Below, piece after piece: positions 22,924-33,723 of a DNA stretch of 64,000 nt. This stretch comes from Cyanidioschyzon merolae (lineage: Eukaryota), in assembly GCA_000091205.1 (NCBI GenBank), contig AP006501.2; one strand, given 5' to 3'. The notes beneath the pieces are model-generated. The model was given only the letters and a program-made list of their open reading frames with translations, was not told the origin of the DNA and made no database searches. The position numbers were made by a program, and so were the translations under genes. Position 1 is the stretch's first letter. Every line of letters starts with the position of its first letter.

Positions 22924-25371
22924 TTAGTCCTCGATTTCGTGCTCGTCTGCGGTGCGAGCGTGTAAAGGGTGACGCACTTCGGTGACACCTTGCCGCGACA
23001 TCTCGACGGAATTCAGTTTTGCGAGTTCGGATTCGGAAACCTTCCGCGCAACGAGATGTCTCTTCCAACGGAGAGATAGCCAGGCCGACTGACAGCGTTC
23101 AGGAGTGCTAAACTCTATAAAGTCAAAGCCATCCACATTGCGAGCGATGATGCTGTAGTTTCCGGCATGGGAGCGGAAGTCTTTCGACCACAGCGGCATG
23201 TCGTTCGAGGCATCGTTCGCCGCACCGCCGGTTGTTGAGCGCGGCCCGGTTCTAGCTGCCGGGATAAAGGGCGAAACGCGGACAGCGAGACAGCGACTAG
23301 CCCGGTCTCTCTCCTTTTTCAACTCCAAGAACTCCTTTTGCTGAACGACTTGGGTGAGAAGCGGTTTCGGTACGCGAGACACTCCATGCAGATGCGTAAC
23401 GACGACGTGGCGGTCTACGTGGCTCGCTGCCGAGCGGGTGTGGAGCTTGTAGTGCAGCGAGGCCAACTCATGCTGAGCTGCGCGCATGCGCGCGTTCGTT
23501 GCGTTGAGCGCCACAACCTGCCACCGTAACTGGGTCGCTGTTGCAACCATGCCAAGCAAGCGCTCCAGCTCGAGAAATTCCTCCCAGTGATTTCGAGCCA
23601 TCTCTAGCAGAAACAGAGAGTACGGTGTTTCTGCCTCAGCCTCCTGACCATCGCGCTTCCTATTCATTGTTGGACTCGATCCCGGACACGACTCCTCTCT
23701 GATATCTTCAACGACGACGCTGCCTCCGGTCCATACGGGAGCGCTGCAGGTACCTGCGACCTCGCCTGGGGTCGCGGCGGGTTCATTCGCATTCAGTTCT
23801 TTGCACACCGGCTGCGAGCGCGCAAATGCGTCTTCTGTTGGCCTGTCCGCCTCCATGGATACGTCCGATATACTCGGACCTGGACGCACCGCGGAGAGTG
23901 CACCTCCCTGATGCATCCCCGAGTGGCCGCACGGCAGCGCGCAGACTTGCCGTGTATCGGACATGGGCATTTCGCATGGATGTGTCGGATCGCCTTTGGT
24001 GCAGGAGTCGTCTGGGTTTCGCCAGTCGTGGCAGCGCCGCTTGCATCGATGGCGTCCACAGGGCAGCAGCTGATTGCAAGCTCTAAAACAGCGGAACGGC
24101 TTTGCACTGCACGGTATCTGACGGTGCTCTTTGTGACCTCCAATGCATTCACGTAGCACTAAATGTAGACATTTCGGACAATCACCTGCGTGACAACGGC
24201 CCAGCGCGCACGGATGTCGACATGGTCGTTCCTTTTGGCAGGGCGCATTGCATATCGGTGGCAGTGTACCGCATGGTACTGGAGGTTCAATGCGCTGTCT
24301 ACCGCAGGCACAAACAAGGGGCTCGTGCGACACAGTGGCGCACGGTGGACACGCGCCCTGGTGGCAACGCAATGGACATGGGTGCGAGCATCGTGCGGAG
24401 CGTCTGCCGTCGGCGGCGCGGTTGCAGCTCCGCATACATTCATGACGGGTATCATTACAGCATCGCTCACTGCACCGGTGACGGTTGCAGCTCAGAAGTT
24501 TCCCACACAGGCGATCGCACAGTAAAATCCCCGGATCATACGCTACGTCCATGAGATCGATGCAGGTCAGAGAGAAACGCTCTGAGCCGCATCGACAGTG
24601 ATGCTGGAGAATTTCAGTACAGACAACGGGCGAAGCGTGGCGCACTCCTGGGCAGCGCATCGGAAACGGCTGGTCGTGCAGAGCGCATTGCATCCATACG
24701 GTTTCGTCGCAGGCCTCGTCTTCGGCAGCAGCGCCGTTGTGCGCATTCATCGGATGACAGATTTTGCTACAGCGGTGTCCGCAGCTCTTTTCGAAGCCAC
24801 AAGGCCGACCACACTGGAGTCGTTCCGTACAGGTATCGACGAGCTGCTTGCGGTACTCAGCACAGCGATACGTAAACTTTTCACGTCCGCAGCGACATGA
24901 TACCTCGATTGTGCCTGGACATGGCGCGCATGGGCCTGGATGGCAAACTTGAGAACAACCCCCATGTATACATAGCTTTCTCCCACAACGACGCCCGCAC
25001 GAGTGCGCGTTCGCGCTTGGTGGTCGCCTCTGACCGTCCAGGACAACCTTACCACAGAAACAACGAGGCTCGAGCAGCAAAACCTGCCAAGTCTGACAAG
25101 CAGGGCAAGGGTACTCGTCTTGCACGTTCCTCTTCGCAACTTCGGGAACCTTTTTAGCCCAGCGCTGGAAACAGTTCCAGTGGACACAGTTCCCGCACTC
25201 ACAGCACGTGTGGATCGGCTCCGTTCGCCCTATCCGACATAGACAGATAACACACTCAAAAGTGCCTCTGTTCAGAGACTGCTGTAAGCTCTCGTCGACT
25301 TGAACAGACTCTCGGGAGCTCTGACAAGGCATGACTTGTATAGGACGTCCACGGAAACAAATAGAACCCAA
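22924..25371 (-). CDS. NFX1: NF-X1-type zinc-finger protein with an N-terminal RING/PHD-like finger and a C-terminal R3H-like region
   Basis: 815-aa ORF. The N-terminus is CVICLCRIGRTEPIHTCCECGNCVHWNCFQRW. It is followed by at least 8 tandem Cys/His-rich C-x-(R/H)-x-C-x..C-H-x-G-x-C-x-x-C NFX-type repeats, with an R3H-like tail. Confidence 0.8.
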   Translation of the reverse strand: MGSICFRGRPIQVMPCQSSRESVQVDESLQQSLNRGTFECVICLCRIGRTEPIHTCCECGNCVHWNCFQRWAKKVPEVAKRNVQDEYPCPACQTWQVLLLEPRCFCGKVVLDGQRRPPSANAHSCGRRCGRKLCIHGGCSQVCHPGPCAPCPGTIEVSCRCGREKFTYRCAEYRKQLVDTCTERLQCGRPCGFEKSCGHRCSKICHPMNAHNGAAAEDEACDETVWMQCALHDQPFPMRCPGVRHASPVVCTEILQHHCRCGSERFSLTCIDLMDVAYDPGILLCDRLCGKLLSCNRHRCSERCCNDTRHECMRSCNRAADGRRSARCSHPCPLRCHQGACPPCATVSHEPLVCACGRQRIEPPVPCGTLPPICNAPCQKERPCRHPCALGRCHAGDCPKCLHLVLRECIGGHKEHRQIPCSAKPFRCFRACNQLLPCGRHRCKRRCHDWRNPDDSCTKGDPTHPCEMPMSDTRQVCALPCGHSGMHQGGALSAVRPGPSISDVSMEADRPTEDAFARSQPVCKELNANEPAATPGEVAGTCSAPVWTGGSVVVEDIREESCPGSSPTMNRKRDGQEAEAETPYSLFLLEMARNHWEEFLELERLLGMVATATQLRWQVVALNATNARMRAAQHELASLHYKLHTRSAASHVDRHVVVTHLHGVSRVPKPLLTQVVQQKEFLELKKERDRASRCLAVRVSPFIPAARTGPRSTTGGAANDASNDMPLWSKDFRSHAGNYSIIARNVDGFDFIEFSTPERCQSAWLSLRWKRHLVARKVSESELAKLNSVEMSRQGVTEVRHPLHARTADEHEIED

Positions 25372-25926
25372 AACCCAAGCAAACCGTCACCGCCGCCAGT
25401 GTCTAGGCGACTGCCTGGCAACCGCGTACCGCTTTTGAGCGCGGCGAGCGGGTGCGCTTTTCGGCCGGGACGCGTGTCCGAGCGCGCATGCCAGCACAAC
25501 CCGCCAAGCGCTGCCGCCAGCGCGACCCGGACACGTGCGCAGGCCGTAGCGCTGCACGTGGAGGTACGTGGGACGCTATGTACCAGTTTTGCGCAGGATC
25601 AGGAGACTAGGAAAAGCGCAGCGCCTTTCCTACAGCGGGCAGTTAATCGCTGATGCAGCTGGCAGCGTACGTTTCCCAAGCTACGAACCTAGCTTCGCTA
25701 ATAGCCAGTAGCGTTCGCGCTCCCGGGAACTTTGGGTTTGATTCATCGATCTTATACCGAAAGAAAACTTATACAAGTGCACAGCGACTGATTTTCAGGC
25801 AAGCACCACACCGTTGAGGAGTAGCGAGCGTTCACTCCTGTCGGAAGCGGGTGCGGGCGTTTGAGCGTCTTGACACCGGGTGCGCGTAGGTGAAGCTCGT
25901 ACAGACTCCGGCTGTGGCAGGCCTTC
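25372..25926. promoter_or_regulatory. Putative bidirectional promoter region between divergently oriented NFX1 (-) and the kinase (+)
   Basis: 555-bp intergenic spacer between the 5' ends of two divergent genes. This is inferred from geometry only; no motif was identified. Confidence 0.3.
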
Positions 25927-27135
25927 ATGACCTTTGTGGAAGGGCTTTACGTGAGAAAATACCCTTATGAACACCAGCTGTGCCGTTTCTCGCGAGCGCT
26001 CTGCGTCTCAAGAGGAACGCGTTGCGGGCAAAGCGTGCGCAATCGTCGCGCATTTTCCCAGCTGACTTGTCTGTTCAGCGATCTGTTGGACTGGAGTGAA
26101 ACCGAAAATATCGTTGTGCACTGGGAAGCCGGTGAGCTTGCACGCGGCAGTTTTGGTGTAGTGTACGCTGGTGAACACCGCGGCACTGGGACCCCTGTGG
26201 TCATCAAAGCCGCACCAGCCGATGACGCCTTTGCGCGCTCCCTCCTCGAGACGGAGCGGTATATTAACCGCAAACTTAGAGACAAGGCTGCATCGAATGG
26301 GGTTGTAGAGTCGGTGGAGCCGTTTCGCTGGGCTCGTTACGTCGGCGATGTGCGGCTGCCGAATATGTCGCCACCGACGGCGGTAGCCCGCCAGTGTGCA
26401 CCGATGGCCCTCGTCTGGCAGAAAGAGGGTTCGGGTGAGACGCTCGAGGACTTCTTATCGGGAAAGCCTGCAGCGGCGCTTGCTCAAGCCCTCGGCACGA
26501 GCGATACATCGCCTGGGTCGGTGCGACTATTCCGCTCCACTTTCCGGCGCGTCGTTGGTGAGCTTCTCAAGGCGCTGGTACAGCTCCAGGAATGGGGTAT
26601 TATGCATCGAGACGTGAAACCGGCGAACATCTTGGTCGTGCCCCGAGCAGCGGATGATGCGCCCCTGAAACTCATTGACTTTGGTTCAGCTTGCGACTGG
26701 CGCTCCTTCTGGAAGCGTGGTTTCGATCCGGATCGAGCTACCTGTGACCCGCTCTATGCGGCACCGGAGCTGTTTATCTCTCCATTGAGACCAGATCGCT
26801 TCGATGTTTTCTCTGTTGGCCTCATTGGCCTGCGAGTCCTCGTGCCAACACTGCACAGTGAAGACCGCTTGCGAGAGTGCGTTACCCTACTGCGAACTCG
26901 TTACCAGTGGGACATAGAGGCCTGGGTCGCGGACCAGGTAAAGAAATCAGCGCGTAGCAGACCAGTGCTGCAAGCACTCAGCACCACAGACAACCTCGCT
27001 GAGCAGGTGGCACTCATTGCCGAGGATCCTGCGCTTTTGCAGCTTCTGCGTGCCATGTTGCGGGAGAGTCCTTTCGCTAGAGTGAGTGCTGGTCGAGCGC
27101 TTGAGCTTTACAACTTTGATGCCGCGCTATACTAA
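25927..27135 (+). CDS. Divergent Ser/Thr protein kinase (catalytic domain)
   Basis: Gly-loop-like GSFGVVYAG, VIKAAP (the VAIK equivalent), the catalytic loop HRDVKPANILV, and DFGSAC (DFG) followed by APE-like YAAPE. Confidence 0.8.
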   Translation: MTFVEGLYVRKYPYEHQLCRFSRALCVSRGTRCGQSVRNRRAFSQLTCLFSDLLDWSETENIVVHWEAGELARGSFGVVYAGEHRGTGTPVVIKAAPADDAFARSLLETERYINRKLRDKAASNGVVESVEPFRWARYVGDVRLPNMSPPTAVARQCAPMALVWQKEGSGETLEDFLSGKPAAALAQALGTSDTSPGSVRLFRSTFRRVVGELLKALVQLQEWGIMHRDVKPANILVVPRAADDAPLKLIDFGSACDWRSFWKRGFDPDRATCDPLYAAPELFISPLRPDRFDVFSVGLIGLRVLVPTLHSEDRLRECVTLLRTRYQWDIEAWVADQVKKSARSRPVLQALSTTDNLAEQVALIAEDPALLQLLRAMLRESPFARVSAGRALELYNFDAALY

Positions 27136-27949
27136 ATGGTGGTCGACGCAGCGTAGATATCAGCGCGCTCCACAAATGCATATATCCGCCTCAGTTTCCA
27201 TGCATCTAAATCTAAAAACGGCATGTTTATCAGCAGCCTCGAAGCGATCGCCGGCTGCATGGCATGGGACGTGGATCGTCCTGAACCTCAGCGCTTTCCG
27301 TCATAGAGTATTTGCGCAGCAACGGGAGCGTACGCACGGCAGCTGTCCATGGAGCTCAGAACCGGGAGCATCCTTGCAGAAGCATATATGCGATGCTCGT
27401 ACCTTGATCTTGACGCAGAGCAGTTCACAGCATACGGGATACAACTTATCGCCATGCACAAGATTTTTCACGTTTTACACTGAACCTTGGTGGATGCGAA
27501 GCCACTTTTTCGGGCAGGTGAGACATCAGCGATGATGCGAAAGGCAACAAAGTCGTGTGCCGGCCACAGATCTGTTGTTCTGAACCTGAAACCATAGAAC
27601 GGATGGCATGGATTTGGATATGGCAAAAATTGACAGGCAGCGATTTTCTTTAGTCGTCCAAAGAGCAGGCATAGCGTGAGGATGTCGACCGGGCACACGC
27701 AGCAACGAATGGTTTCCTCAGTCCACGTCCGCGCATCTATTGTAATAAACCGTGTTGTGATCAGATCATATGTGTTGTCTGCGATTTAGGCCAGCTGCCG
27801 CGAAGAACATTGCATGTTATCAACTGGCGGTAAAGCGACTTGTAGAATATCACGACCTCCGTTTGCCAAGATGTTGATAGATGGAGGGCATCCCCGTGCC
27901 TATGGCCATGCGCACACTCTCAACACGACCAACCGAACTCCTTCAGTGA

Positions 27950-28232
27950 TTGGTGCTACGAGCCGTAAAGGATTTACGCAGTGAACATCATTTCCCGACG
28001 TGCTTGAGTGCAATGTCGAGTTACACGCGGTGCATACTGCTGCTATTGCTGCTACGAGCCGTAATCGATTTACGCAGTGAACATCATTTTCCGACGTGCT
28101 TGAGTGCAATGTCGAGTTACATGCGGTGCATACTGCTGCTATTGCTGCTACGAGCCGTAATGGATTTGCGCAGTGAACATCATTTTCCGACGTGCTTCAG
28201 TGCAATGTCGAGTTACACGCTGTGACAACAGC
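27950..28232. repeat. 96-bp tandem repeat, ~2.9 copies, followed by a short (CAG/GAG)n tract
   Basis: The unit gctacgagccgtaa[a/t][g/c]gatttacgcagtgaacatcatttcccgacgtgcttgagtgcaatgtcgagttaca[c/t]gcggtgcatactgctgctattgct recurs at 27955, 28051 and 28147. It lies in the 3' intergenic region between convergent genes. Confidence 0.9.
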
Positions 28233-28308
28233 AGGAGCAGGAGGAGCAGCAGCAGCAGCACTAGTTCCTACGGCTACTGTTCCAGACTGCAGATTTTCGC
28301 TGCAAGTC

Positions 28309-30279
28309 TCAAATTCCCGACCGACTTCGACGCGACTGGCGAGCTTCACTCAGCGCTTGCTGTTGCCAGTAGGTGTAGATTTGTTCAGGCGTCTTGCTGG
28401 GAATGCGATCCGCAAGACGTCGCCAGTCCGCTCCGAGCTCCGAAAAAGCCTCTGCAAAAAGTATCTCCTCCTCTGGAGTCCAGATTGCAAAAGCGCTACC
28501 ACGACCAGAACCAGCTACAGCCGTTCCTCGACTGCCACTCCACTCCAGCGCTGTGGATGCAGCAACGTTACCCCGCCGCTCTGCCTGCTTGCCGTGAACA
28601 GAGGTGTCGCGCTCTCCGTCGCCTTTGGTGGGCGCTGCTTCACCCTCGGGTCGTTGGGAAACTTCGGGCTCGCGCTCCTGCAGTGGTAAGTAGCGGTCGA
28701 GACCCAGTCGCCTTCGATTCATTCGAAAGAACTCTGCACATTCGCGAGCAGTGCGTGTACCTAGAAACGAGGCAATGGCGCGAAAGTTTGTTCCAAACTG
28801 GGACAAACCCTGATAAAACAGACCCAGTTCATCCTCAGTCCATGGACGTTCAAAGGCTGACAGCACGCCCACCACCCCACTAGAAGCTGCTACCGCCGGA
28901 GTTTTTGTATCAGAAGCAGGCACCCAAAGTGAAATCGGTTGACTTGCGTACACCAGAAACGGCACCGAGTCAGCGTCAAAGCAGAGTTGCACGGGAACAT
29001 TGGCCCGCCGCAAGCGTTGATACGTGCGAAACGCGCCCCGTAGTCCCAAGCGCAGTTTGTTCTGAAAATAGAAAAGAACGCAGTCCGCTGTCGTCTTAAA
29101 GTCCAAAAATGAGGCAATGGTCCTAAAATCCTTGTAGTACATTAGAAACTTTTCAATAAAGATGCGTTGTTCCCAGGCTGTCCAAGGATTCACCAGCTGT
29201 GCCTCCTGATACGCCGCAACTGCGTCCTTCACAAGCACACTGCCTCCGTCATAACGAGCTGTTGAGCAGGGCAGCCACTCTTGGTCAGGAATGGGTGCCA
29301 GGTTACGAGACCAGCGAGACCGACCTCCTGCGGTTCCACCATCCATTTCGATTTCGAAGAGGTAGGTATCCAGGTCGGCCAGCACGGTGGTTCGCTGCTG
29401 GGATAACGCACTGGTATCCAAAGAACGAGCAGCGAGGAAGAGGTAGCGATCGCGGTACTGAGTCCGAGCCCGCTCTCGCTCATCCCGTTGACTCTCAGCA
29501 CGTCGAAGGCGTTGCCGCCATGCCGCGGTTAACGCGTCATACTGGTGCCGCAACGCTCGAGCATACTTTCGGTGCCATCGGTAGAGGTCGCGGAATACTT
29601 GCATCAGCACCGATCTTTCCGCTGTGAGTAGCGAAGCATCCTTTGGATACGAAGTGAGGCTCTCGCTTGGATGCCTCTCCCGAGCGCCTACGTTTGGGCT
29701 AACGCCGGCTGCCCCTGAAGCCGCTATCGTGCCACTCGGCACGATTACTGTGCTCCTCATGGTATCGCTCCAGTACTGTAGGGCATGGTCCGCGGCGTGT
29801 TCCTGTTTGTGGACGAGCAAGTCCGCAACAGCTGTAGAGCCAGCAACAAGTGCCGTTTCCCATTCCAAAGCATCGAGCTGGTCTGTCCCCGGCAAGTGCT
29901 GTGCTAGCCGCTCGTGCGCGGCCGCTACGGCTTTCCGACTATCGCCCAGAACTTGTTCCACAATATCAGCTAGCTCTCGACACTCAAGCACTGAGTCTAC
30001 GGGAGCACTGGGTCCTCTCGAAGCACCAACATCAGCGTACGACTCGGTCGCTACAGACGACTCCTGCGCTGTTGCAGCACGCTGCTGGCAAGTTCTGAGC
30101 TTCTCCTCCGTTTGACGCAGCGCCTCTTCAATCTCCTGAATTCGACGAAGTAGGTGCGCCTTCTTTTCTTTGTATGAAGCTTCCCCAAAAGGTTCTGAAG
30201 CACGCTCAGTTTGTCCTGGGTCGCCTTTTGGCGCGGCAATAGAGACTGCCCTCGCCACGGAGCCAGTAGCGCGTTCCAT
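28309..30279 (-). CDS. N-CoR/SMRT/Snt1-like corepressor-type protein with multiple SANT/Myb-like domains
   Basis: WTAWEQRIFIEKFLMYYKDFRTIASFLDFKTTADCVLFYFQNK matches N-CoR SANT1 ([43 protein letters not shown]). Two more SANT-like domains are present: WTEDELGLFYQGLSQFGTNFRAIASFLGTRTARECAEFF and WTPEEEILFAEAFSELGADWRRLADRIPSKTPEQIYTYW. Confidence 0.75.
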   Translation of the reverse strand: MERATGSVARAVSIAAPKGDPGQTERASEPFGEASYKEKKAHLLRRIQEIEEALRQTEEKLRTCQQRAATAQESSVATESYADVGASRGPSAPVDSVLECRELADIVEQVLGDSRKAVAAAHERLAQHLPGTDQLDALEWETALVAGSTAVADLLVHKQEHAADHALQYWSDTMRSTVIVPSGTIAASGAAGVSPNVGARERHPSESLTSYPKDASLLTAERSVLMQVFRDLYRWHRKYARALRHQYDALTAAWRQRLRRAESQRDERERARTQYRDRYLFLAARSLDTSALSQQRTTVLADLDTYLFEIEMDGGTAGGRSRWSRNLAPIPDQEWLPCSTARYDGGSVLVKDAVAAYQEAQLVNPWTAWEQRIFIEKFLMYYKDFRTIASFLDFKTTADCVLFYFQNKLRLGLRGAFRTYQRLRRANVPVQLCFDADSVPFLVYASQPISLWVPASDTKTPAVAASSGVVGVLSAFERPWTEDELGLFYQGLSQFGTNFRAIASFLGTRTARECAEFFRMNRRRLGLDRYLPLQEREPEVSQRPEGEAAPTKGDGERDTSVHGKQAERRGNVAASTALEWSGSRGTAVAGSGRGSAFAIWTPEEEILFAEAFSELGADWRRLADRIPSKTPEQIYTYWQQQALSEARQSRRSRSGI

Positions 30280-30864
30280 GTTCTGGGACCGTTGACCTTC
30301 GAAGCAACATACACGCCCAAGATGAACACTTTGCGCCCTACAAACAGTAGCGAGGAGCTAATTCCGGTGCAAAGCAGCCTGCGCTATCTTTGGAACGCTT
30401 CAACGGAAATAAGGGCACGCGTTCAATGCACTTGTGAGCGCACCCATTCAGGGGCCGGTGGAAGCTCACCACATACGCAAGTGACCACGATATATGCTTG
30501 AGAAAAGGCCACGGGTGATCACAAAACGCAACCTATGTGCAGTTTGTCTGGAAGCGCATATTCCCCTACAAACTGCTGAAGGGACAGCGCGGACAGAGCG
30601 TGTTTACGAGTACAAGAGTAAGCGCGGTCCCTATCAGAAAACACAACAGAGTGTTGTCTGTGAAAGCCTCAATCACTACTCTTCTAGCGCATACAACGCC
30701 CAGGTTGACACCTGCCGCAACGACTCAGAAAGACAGGGGTTATGTTCCTTGAGAGCGACCGAGTGTCCAGTTGCACTGCGTCAAACGCCCGCCCAGGGTC
30801 ACCGTTCTCCGCTCGGGACACCGAGCACCACGCCTCAGCACTGAAACCCACTCGGAAAGTTGCA

Positions 30865-31441
30865 CTAGGGCGTCTCGGGTTCTGTGGGTAGTGTATCCCA
30901 CTGCACCAAAGCGTCGCTATTCGATGCTGTGGCAGTGACGCTTTCCCGTTGCAGCGCTGTTTTCCACTGGAAAAAGTTGCAGCGGCCGCCACGTTCAATC
31001 GGTCCCGCTGGTCTGCGGCAAACATAGAATTGGCGTCCCCGATGTGGACCCTGTTTCACTGTACGAAGAACAGCAGGTTCCTGGTGGCCGTGGCACCGCG
31101 GAGTACCCCGTCGTGGGCTGTCTGCACTCGGTACTGCAAGTAAAGCCCGCCACGCTTTCGTATCTGTCTTGCGCACCGACGGACGACTCGACATCTCATC
31201 AGCTTGAAGCGGGTCACTGAGCTTTCGCTGAGCTGAGACAACCAGAGGCGTCTCCCGCGTAGTTGTCGCCTGGGGCTGCGTCCGCCTTATGTATCGCTCC
31301 AGGGTGAGCTGCTGTGCGCTCGCTGGTGCGGGGTCGGCAGCTTCTTTGGACCCAGCCGAGGCCTCATGGAGTTTGGAAAGCGTGGCGTTCTTAGTCCTTG
31401 CACTTCCAATCGTCGGTAACGAGGCTGTGTCGGTGGGAGTC

Positions 31442-31478
<37 letters not shown>

Positions 31479-33723
31479 ACTCAGATGCGTGAGGCGCTTC
31501 GCAAGGCTTGCTACCGCAAGGCAGACCATGTGCCGCGGCACTCCAAGCTGCCTGAACTGGGGGCGAACACGCACGCCGTCCTTCACGTTCCAGATGGAGC
31601 CGATCCATATGGTGAGGCACTGATACCGGCAGTTCTTTGCATGCGGCGAGAGCGTTCGTGCTCCGCTTGAGATGCGGTGACCGCATCGATACATCCAACT
31701 GGCCTTGTTCGGATGATTCTTGCCCCTGACCCGTTGTAAGTAGTTCCGCGATTATCGCTCGCGTCGTCCTTGTCGACAAGCGAGAGTTCGTTGCTTCGGA
31801 AGCGCTGAGCTCGGGCTTCTGATGCTGCTTCCAGAAACTGTAAATATCTGAAGATATTTGGGGCTGAGCGTCCTGCGAAGCTGCTGCTGCGGCTGCTGCT
31901 GTATGAGCATCTGTGATGATGCTCTGTGGTGAGTTCGCGGCGAGCCCCTGGATCGCCTTTTGCGAAACTTGCCGCTCTATTGCTTGCACGAGGGAGACAC
32001 TTGTACGATGGGGCTTCGTCCCGTGATCGCTCAGGCTGTTATCGGAGTCTGCAACACTGCATAAGGCTTCCTGTGTTTCGTTTCTGAGTTGCGCTTCTGT
32101 GGATTGTGTACTGGATTCCTCTGCGACGTTGCATACGCTTTCGCTCTCTTCGTTTCGTAGATGCCCTTGTTGCATACGATTCACGAGCCCATGACGTTGA
32201 CGCTTGCCCGATCCGGTTGCGGAACGTATAGAGTTCTGCCAGATGTGCCGCAAGGAAGTTTGTTTTTCATGAAAATGATAAGAGTACCGAAGAGGGACAC
32301 ATGGATTAGACACTGTCCATGGCCACTTTTCCGTATCGATCACGGGGGCGAGTTCCGCGACACACGGACAATGGTCAGATCCCATCACGTTAGGCAACAA
32401 GTCACATGCCGTGCATCGAAGGTAAGGGCCCGCATTGCAGCTCAGAAGAATGTAGTCTATCCTGGTGCCGTAATTCGTGAGACGCGCTTGTGTCTGTGTA
32501 TTCCAACAACTGTATGCATCTCGACGATTGGGCCATTTTTCGCGGAACAAGTCACGGAAAAGGTCATCCGAAAGCATCCTGTGCAACCAAACCCGTGATG
32601 GATGTGTTTCGAAGACGATACGATCATTCGGTGCCGACACCTTCTCCGTTGATACAGCGCTAGCATCCCTTGACGTCACGCCTGCCGTATGCGAAGCTGA
32701 TCCTGGTAACAGCGTTCCAAGCAGGGCGCTTTGTTGTTCGGACTCGGCTCCGTCTGTGAAGCGGGGTGCATGTGCCGGGTGCCCAGTGAGGATTCCGGCT
32801 GCCGCCTTTCTCAAAGAAGGCGACTCCAGCAGCTTAGGATACAATTTAGCTGCCTCGCGCTCAGCTTCCTGCGGGTTGCAATGGTCAATGCGCTCATGGG
32901 CAGTATTCAAATCACCGAGAATGACTACTATTCGGTTCTGGGTCCGGACCAAGTGGAGACAACGATCCTCCAAACATGTTAGGAATCTTTGCTTGTAGAA
33001 GAGACGTTCTTCGTTAGCGGCATTTGGTACATAAACATGTACGAGAATAAGGCCGCATACATCTAGGACAAGCGCTCTTCCTTCCTCGTCGAGTTGGCGA
33101 TGCTCTTCGCGCTCCGCAGTACCTAGCGCTTCCCCAGATGAGGACCATTCCTCGGGATAGTCTCCGACGTGTAGCTCTGGTAGTGCTCGCCAAGTTGGCA
33201 ACTGTTGTTCGCGTCGCATTGTCGATATCTGGCCAGACCGGAGGCGCTCGAGAAGCTCGCGAGCGCACGGTGGTGCTGAAGGCCACTCCAAACAGCGAGC
33301 AGGGAGCTCGCCTGTGAGACCCTCCTCAGCTCGCCAAACCTCCCAAGTACAACCATCAAACTGCGACGCTCTCCCCGAGCAACGAACGTAAACGGCAACA
33401 CCAGCGTACCCGACTGTTTTGCCCTGAGTTTTCGACGCACAGAACGAGAAGTAGCCCTCGAACCAGAACGGGTACGAGGGGTGCTCCAGCCTGGCCAGAT
33501 GATCAGGAAAGTCTTCCGATCTTGTTTTCAATTCCTGTAAGCAGATAACGTCTGGTGGCGCTCCGCTGGGCGCCAGACGAAGCTCACGGACGAAGCACTC
33601 GAAGAGCACCTGGTCGTCCGAGAGCTGCTCACGTCGCCAACCATGCTCGCGTCGTTTCCGTGCTATGAAAGCTCGGAGCCCGTTGACGTTCCAGGTTACG
33701 AGCCTCAACGGTAACCTTTTCAT
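30865..33723 (-). CDS. APN2: AP endonuclease 2 (APN2/APEX2-like; ExoIII/EEP nuclease domain plus a C-terminal GRF zinc finger); start taken at MKRLPLRLVTWNVNG within the longer ORF ending at 33831
   Basis: The N-terminus is LRLVTWNVNGLRAF (ExoIII family). Nuclease-domain motifs include ICLQE, VLGDLN and GSDHCP. The C-terminal GRF-type finger is GRQFYVCRRPAGPIERGGRCNFFQW. The ORF also encodes a poly-Ala tract from a (GCA)n repeat. Confidence 0.8.
31444..31478. repeat. (GCA)n/(TGC)n trinucleotide microsatellite encoding poly-Ala within the APN2 CDS
   Basis: gcagcagcagcagcagcagcagcagcagcagcagca read directly. The minus-strand ORF shows AAAAAAAAAAA. Confidence 0.9.

Noticed and set aside
23338-25653. 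Numerous plus-strand ORFs (for example 24102..24554, 24190..24525, 25300..25653) overlapping NFX1
   Set aside because: They are antisense to a strongly supported Cys-rich NFX1 coding region. Their length is a by-product of high GC content, and they have no motifs.
27950-28232. Regular 96-bp repeats that could superficially suggest a CRISPR array
   Set aside because: The units are contiguous with no unique spacers between them. The genome context is clearly eukaryotic (TAF12, NFX1, ESF1, histone-fold and SANT proteins). No cas genes are present. It is a tandem minisatellite.
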